Source: an uncultured Actinomycetes bacterium (GTDB lineage Bacteria; Actinomycetota; Thermoleophilia; Gaiellales; JAICJC01). From it: DNA of 64,000 bases. Positions 59,419 through 64,000 of the stretch are shown in pieces (the first letter of the stretch is position 1; every line of letters begins with the position of its first letter). The notes below the pieces were generated by a model. It did no database searches. It was given only the letters and a program-made list of their open reading frames with translations, and was not told the DNA's origin. Location: the NCBI GenBank assembly GCA_963755675.1, contig CAVWLK010000068.1, positions 58,626 through 122,625 on the forward strand, given 5' to 3'. Made by a program: the position numbers and the translations under genes.

Positions 59419-60084
59419 CTGATCGACGCCCTGCCTTCCGAGGCCCGGCGGGCGGTGTTCTCGCACTCCTCCTGGGTGGCGGCGCGCGAACGGTCATACG
59501 AACGGCTCGAATTTCTCGGCGACAGTGTGCTGTCGCTCTCGATCGCCGAGCACCTCTACCGCCGCTTTCCCGATCGGAGGGAGGGCGATCTCGCTCGTTT
59601 CCGGGCCAACGTCGTCTCCCGCCCCGGGTGCGCCGCCGCCGCCCGCGGGCTCGGTCTGGGCGAGCTGCTCGAGGTCGAGGCGGCCGCGATTGGCGGGGAG
59701 GCGGCCGCCACCGCGCCGATGCTGGCCCAGTCCGACACGGTGCTGGCGGAGCTGGTCGAGGCCGCGATTGGCGCATGCTTCCTCGCCTTCGGCTTCGAGC
59801 GCGTGGCCGCCGCGGCGGTGGCCGCCTTCGCCGAGCGGGTCGAGTACGTGCTCGAGGAGCACGTCGATCACAAGACCGTGCTGCAGGAGGAGCTTGCACG
59901 TCAGGGGGGGTCTGTAACCTATCTCCTGGTCGACGCGATCGGCCCCGACCACGACCGTCTGTTCACATCGGCGGCGGTCGTCGAAGGGCGAGAGCTGGGC
60001 CGGGGCTCGGGCTCCAGCAAGAAGGCGTCAGAGCAGGAGGCGGCGCGGGAGGCGCTGAGGGCGCTCTCCCAGACCGGGAAGTGA
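59419..60084 (+). CDS. rnc: ribonuclease III
   Basis: YERLEFLGDSVL, EGDL, ELVEAAIGA, dsRBD (KTVLQE, GPDHDRLF, G.GSSKKASEQEAA). Start codon unclear. Confidence 0.92.
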   Translation: MIDALPSEARRAVFSHSSWVAARERSYERLEFLGDSVLSLSIAEHLYRRFPDRREGDLARFRANVVSRPGCAAAARGLGLGELLEVEAAAIGGEAAATAPMLAQSDTVLAELVEAAIGACFLAFGFERVAAAAVAAFAERVEYVLEEHVDHKTVLQEELARQGGSVTYLLVDAIGPDHDRLFTSAAVVEGRELGRGSGSSKKASEQEAAREALRALSQTGK

Positions 60085-60122
60085 TCAGAGTCGGCTCGGC
60101 AACCACCTAACAGGGACGTGAG

Positions 60123-63100
60123 ATGTATCTGAAGGCAGTTCGCATGCGGGGCTTCAAGTCGTTCGCCCACGGTGTCGAACTGCGCTTCGACGAGGGCATC
60201 GCGGTCGTCGTCGGCCCCAACGGCAGCGGCAAGTCCAACATCGCCGACGCCCTGCAGTGGGCGATGGCGGTTCAGTCGCCCGCCCAGCTCCGGGCCCCGA
60301 CCGGGCAGGACGTGCTGTTCGGGGGCTCTGACAGTCGCCCGCCGGCCGGTGTGTGCGAGGTCGAGCTGGTGCTGGACAACGAGTGCGGCACGCTGCCGAT
60401 CGAGTTCAACGAGGTGTCGGTGATGCGCCGCCTGTACCGGGACGGCGAGAGCGAGTACCTGCTCAACCGAGCCAAGGTGCGGCGGCTGGATGTGCTGGAG
60501 CTGCTCTCCGACACCGGCCTGGGGCGCGAGATGCACTCCGTCATCGGCCAGGGCAAGGTGGAGGAGATCCTGCTCTCGAAGCCGCATGAGCGGCGCCGGT
60601 TCGTCGAGGAGGCGGCCGGCCTGGGTAAGTACCAGCGGCGCCGCACGCGCGCCGAGCAGAAGCTTGCCCGGGTGGCGTCCGAGCTCGAGCGCGCCCGCGA
60701 CCTCGAGCGCGAGGTGCGCGCCCGGCTGCGGCCGTTGGCGATGCAGGCCACGGCCGCCGAGCGGGCTGCCAAGCTGGGCGCCGAGATCGCCCAGGGCCGC
60801 GTCGAGCTGCTCTCGTCCGAGCTGCTGGGTGAGCGCCGGCGCGCGGTCGACCTGCGTGAGCGGTTGACTGCGGCGACACGGCTGCAGACTGAGGTGGCAG
60901 CCGAGGCGGCGGCTGTTGCGACCCGCCGTGAGGCGGCCGAGCAGGAGTTGGCCGGGTTGTCGGCGGAGCAGGAGCGGGCGGCGCGGGCGTTCTATGCCTT
61001 CGAGTCGTCCCGCGAGCGGCTGGCGACCGAGGCCGGGCGCATCGAGGCGGCGCTGGCGCGGCTCGACCGCGGCGCGGAGCGGCGGCGCGCCGAGGCCGAG
61101 GCATTGGGAGGGGCATCCCGGCGTTCGCACCAGGAGGCGCAGGCGGCGGACGATCTCGCTGCCGAGCTGGAGGCTGAGGCAGCCGCCATCGGCGACGTCG
61201 ATGTGGCCGCTGCCGCTCAGGCCGCCGCCCAATCCGAGGCCGCTCTGGCGGCCGCCCTCGACGCCCGGCGTGCCCACGCCGACGCCGAGGGGAAGGCGGC
61301 CAATGTCCGCCGTGACCTCGAGTCGGGCATCGCCCGGTCGAGCGAGCTCGGCGAACGCCTCGAGGCGCTGGCCGGCTCGGCTGCGACCCGCCGTGCCGAG
61401 CTCGAGGCGGCCGAAGCGCGGACGTCTCAGCTTGCCGAGCAACAGGCCGCCGCCGCCGCCGCCGTGGCATCGGCCGAGCAGGCGTGCACGGCCGCTGACG
61501 AGCGGGTCGAGGCGGCCCGCGGCCAGGTGCGCGACGCCCGCGCTTGCGCTGACCAGGCCGACGCCGCAGAGCAGCTGGCCCGCACGCGCCTGCTTGCGCT
61601 GGAGACGGCGGTCGACCGTGGCGAAGGACTGTCGCCCGCCGCCCGTGCGCTGCAGGACGCCGGCGCGCGGCTGGTCGTGCAGGGCGTTGAAGCGGCTCCC
61701 GGCTTCGAACGGGCGGTCGCGGCGGCGCTGGGCTGGCGGGCCGGCGCGGTGGTGGTGGAGCGCATCGAGGAGGCGCTGACGCTGCTTGGCGACGGCGAGG
61801 GCGAGCTGGGTGTCGTTCTCGCGGGACGCGCGCCGGCCACCGGGGGAACGCAGGGACGCCCGCTGGCGGACGTCTGCACCGTCCACGACCCGCAGCTGGC
61901 CGCCTTGATCGAGGGCATACGCCTGGTCGACGATCTCGGCGCGGTGACGTCGGGGGTCGCCGTGACCCAGGCCGGGGCCGGAATCGACGCCGACCGGGGG
62001 GAGCTGTGGCGGACGGCCGACGCCGCCGAGGCGGCCTGGATGGTGGCGCGGGCGGAGCGAGACCGGCTGCGCAGCGAGATCCCTGCGCTGGAGGAGGCCC
62101 GCGCGTCGACGCTGGTCGCGGCCGAGGCCGCGCAGGCCACGCTCGACGAGGCGCTTGCCGGCGAGTCGGCGCTGCGCTCGGCCCTCTCCGGAGCGCGTCA
62201 TGAGGAGTCCGAGCTGGCCGCGGCCGAGCGTTCCGCCGTTGCTGACCGCGACCAGTTGGCCGACGAGCTAGCCCGTTGCGACGCCGCCCGCGATCTGGCC
62301 GAGAGCGACCTCGAGTCCGAGGCGGCGCGGCTGATCGATCTGAGGGCGACCGCCATCGGCTTCGACGCTGTCGTGACCGAGCGGCGCGCGGCCGCCACGG
62401 CTGCCGACGAGCAGCACGCCGCGCTTGACGCAACCCGGCGGCGTCTGGCGGAGGACGCGGCGAGGGCCGCGGCCCGGCTGGCCGCGATCGGGGAGCGGCT
62501 CGAGCGCCACCGCGCTGATGCGGAGCGCTCGCGTGCGGACGCCGACCGCTCTGACAGCATGGCGGCGCGGCTGCTGGCCAGCGTGCAGGAGGCGGCCGCG
62601 ATCACGCCTCTTGCCCGTCGCGTGATCGACGCGCTTGGGGCTGCGGCGAAGCGAGCGGTCGAGCTGGCCGCGCCCGCCCGGTCGGGCATCGACGCAATCG
62701 AGCGCCGAGCCGGCGACCTGGCGGCCACGCTGCAGACGTGCGCCGGCGAGCAGGCTGCATTGGAGACTCGCGCTCAGACGGCGACCGGCGCGGCCACCGA
62801 GATCGAGATCGGGCTGGCACGGTCGGACGAGCGTGTGACCGAGCTCGAGCGACGGCGCGCCGAGCTGGCCGCCGCGCACGCGATCGAGGTGGCCGAGATG
62901 GAGCGTCCGCTCGAGCTGGACGAGGCTGCGGCGCGGGCAGCCCGGCTGGAGCGTCTGGAACGCCGGCGGGAAAGCCTGGGTGCGGTCAACCCACTCGCCC
63001 AGGAGGAGTACGAGCAGGAGAAACAGCGCGGCGACGACCTGACGACCCAGTGCGACGATCTGGAACGCTCGCTGAAGGAGCTGCGTACGCTGATCCGCGA

Positions 63101-63662
63101 CCTCACGCGCACCATCGACCAGCGATTCGAGGCCACCTTCCATGCGGTGGCGAAGAACTTCTCCGATGTGATCGAGACGTTGTTCCCGGGTGGCCGTGGG
63201 CGGCTTCGGCTGACCGAGGCCGAAGCGGCCGTACCAGCCGGCGACGGCGGCGAGGGCGAGGGTGAGCAGGAGCCGAGCGAAGCCCTCGAGCCGGGCATCG
63301 AGCTCGAGGTGCGGCCGGCCGGCAAGCGGATCGAGTCGCTGTCGCTGCTCTCAGGCGGCGAGAAGTCGCTGACGGCGATCGCCTTCCTGTTCTCGCTGCT
63401 GCTGACCAAGCCGTCCCCGTTCTACCTGCTGGACGAGGTCGAGGCGGCGCTGGACGACGCCAACATCGAGCGCTTCCTGACGCTGCTTCGCACCTATCAG
63501 GACCGGGCCCAGTTCATCGTCATCACGCACCAGCGCCGCACGATGGAGGTAGCGGACGTGCTGTACGGCGTCAGCATGGCGGACGACGGCCAGTCGAAGG
63601 TGTTGTCGCGGCGCATGCCAAATGAGCCCGACCTGCACGAGGCGGCGCTCGAGTCGGCGTGA
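60123..63662 (+). CDS. smc: chromosome partition protein SMC
   Basis: GFKSF, GPNGSGKSN, IGQG, EEAAG, long coiled coils, LGAVN, LSGGEK, LLDEVEAALDDAN, QFIVITH. Confidence 0.95.
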   Translation: MYLKAVRMRGFKSFAHGVELRFDEGIAVVVGPNGSGKSNIADALQWAMAVQSPAQLRAPTGQDVLFGGSDSRPPAGVCEVELVLDNECGTLPIEFNEVSVMRRLYRDGESEYLLNRAKVRRLDVLELLSDTGLGREMHSVIGQGKVEEILLSKPHERRRFVEEAAGLGKYQRRRTRAEQKLARVASELERARDLEREVRARLRPLAMQATAAERAAKLGAEIAQGRVELLSSELLGERRRAVDLRERLTAATRLQTEVAAEAAAVATRREAAEQELAGLSAEQERAARAFYAFESSRERLATEAGRIEAALARLDRGAERRRAEAEALGGASRRSHQEAQAADDLAAELEAEAAAIGDVDVAAAAQAAAQSEAALAAALDARRAHADAEGKAANVRRDLESGIARSSELGERLEALAGSAATRRAELEAAEARTSQLAEQQAAAAAAVASAEQACTAADERVEAARGQVRDARACADQADAAEQLARTRLLALETAVDRGEGLSPAARALQDAGARLVVQGVEAAPGFERAVAAALGWRAGAVVVERIEEALTLLGDGEGELGVVLAGRAPATGGTQGRPLADVCTVHDPQLAALIEGIRLVDDLGAVTSGVAVTQAGAGIDADRGELWRTADAAEAAWMVARAERDRLRSEIPALEEARASTLVAAEAAQATLDEALAGESALRSALSGARHEESELAAAERSAVADRDQLADELARCDAARDLAESDLESEAARLIDLRATAIGFDAVVTERRAAATAADEQHAALDATRRRLAEDAARAAARLAAIGERLERHRADAERSRADADRSDSMAARLLASVQEAAAITPLARRVIDALGAAAKRAVELAAPARSGIDAIERRAGDLAATLQTCAGEQAALETRAQTATGAATEIEIGLARSDERVTELERRRAELAAAHAIEVAEMERPLELDEAAARAARLERLERRRESLGAVNPLAQEEYEQEKQRGDDLTTQCDDLERSLKELRTLIRDLTRTIDQRFEATFHAVAKNFSDVIETLFPGGRGRLRLTEAEAAVPAGDGGEGEGEQEPSEALEPGIELEVRPAGKRIESLSLLSGGEKSLTAIAFLFSLLLTKPSPFYLLDEVEAALDDANIERFLTLLRTYQDRAQFIVITHQRRTMEVADVLYGVSMADDGQSKVLSRRMPNEPDLHEAALESA

Positions 63663-64000
63663 TCCTGCGGGGCGAGCGGCTGCTGCTACGGCCGGTTGAG
63701 CCGGCGGACGTTGCGGATCTGGCACGGATCGCGGCCGAGCCGGAGGTGGCGCGCTGGTGGGGTGCAGGTCTCTGATCAGGAGTTGATGGACAGGGCGGCC
63801 GGCGGCGAGGGCGTGGTGGCGCTGGGGGTGGAGTCGGCCGGCCGGCTGATCGGGCTGATCCAGTTCTTCGAGGAGCCCGATCCGATGTACCGGCACGCGA
63901 CGGTCGATCTCTTCCTGAGCGCCTCTCACCAGGGCCGCGGTTTGGGGCGTGAGGCGGTCGGCCTTGTCGTCCGGCACCTGATCGACGACCTCGGCCATCA
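63659..64000 (+). CDS. GNAT acetyltransferase, AAC(6')/RimJ-like (partial; apparent frameshift at ~63768)
   Basis: MILRGERLLLRP...EPEVARWWG / LIGLIQFFEEPDPMYRHATVDLFL...HQGRGLG...LIDDLGH. Confidence 0.8.

Overview
High-GC (visually about 70%) bacterial chromosome segment made up mostly of housekeeping genes. Gene content and order suggest a deep-branching actinobacterium, probably class Thermoleophilia (Gaiellales-like); this is inference. Main blocks: proC-yggT-divIVA-lspA-rluD; rpsB-tsf-pyrH-frr-uppS-cdsA-dxr-rseP-ispG; dnaE; scpA-scpB-rluB; trpS; class II DAHP synthase-tyrA-aroA-cmk/plsC-der-gpsA-metK-priA-def-fmt-rsmB; rpe-ribD-ribE-ribBA-ribH; rpmB-asp23-fakA/fakB-recG-rsmD-coaD-sepIVA-yceD-rpmF-plsX-acpP-rnc-smc. 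About 20 single-base frameshifts fall in essential genes and look like uncorrected long-read errors. I found no rRNA, tRNA, CRISPR array or transposase. Most notable: (1) three dispersed copies of a 147-170 nt palindromic element (ends TAGATGGTTGATTCCAT...ATGGAATCAACCATCTA) with co-varying subterminal stems and a conserved core, whose ends supply stop codons and a -10 box; (2) an accessory insert between rseP and ispG encoding two secreted Cys-containing proteins plus a ~190 nt multibranch non-coding structure; (3) an orphan promoter / short RNA / terminator unit between rluB and trpS; (4) in-frame FakA-FakB and Cmk-PlsC fusions; (5) pervasive leaderless gene starts.
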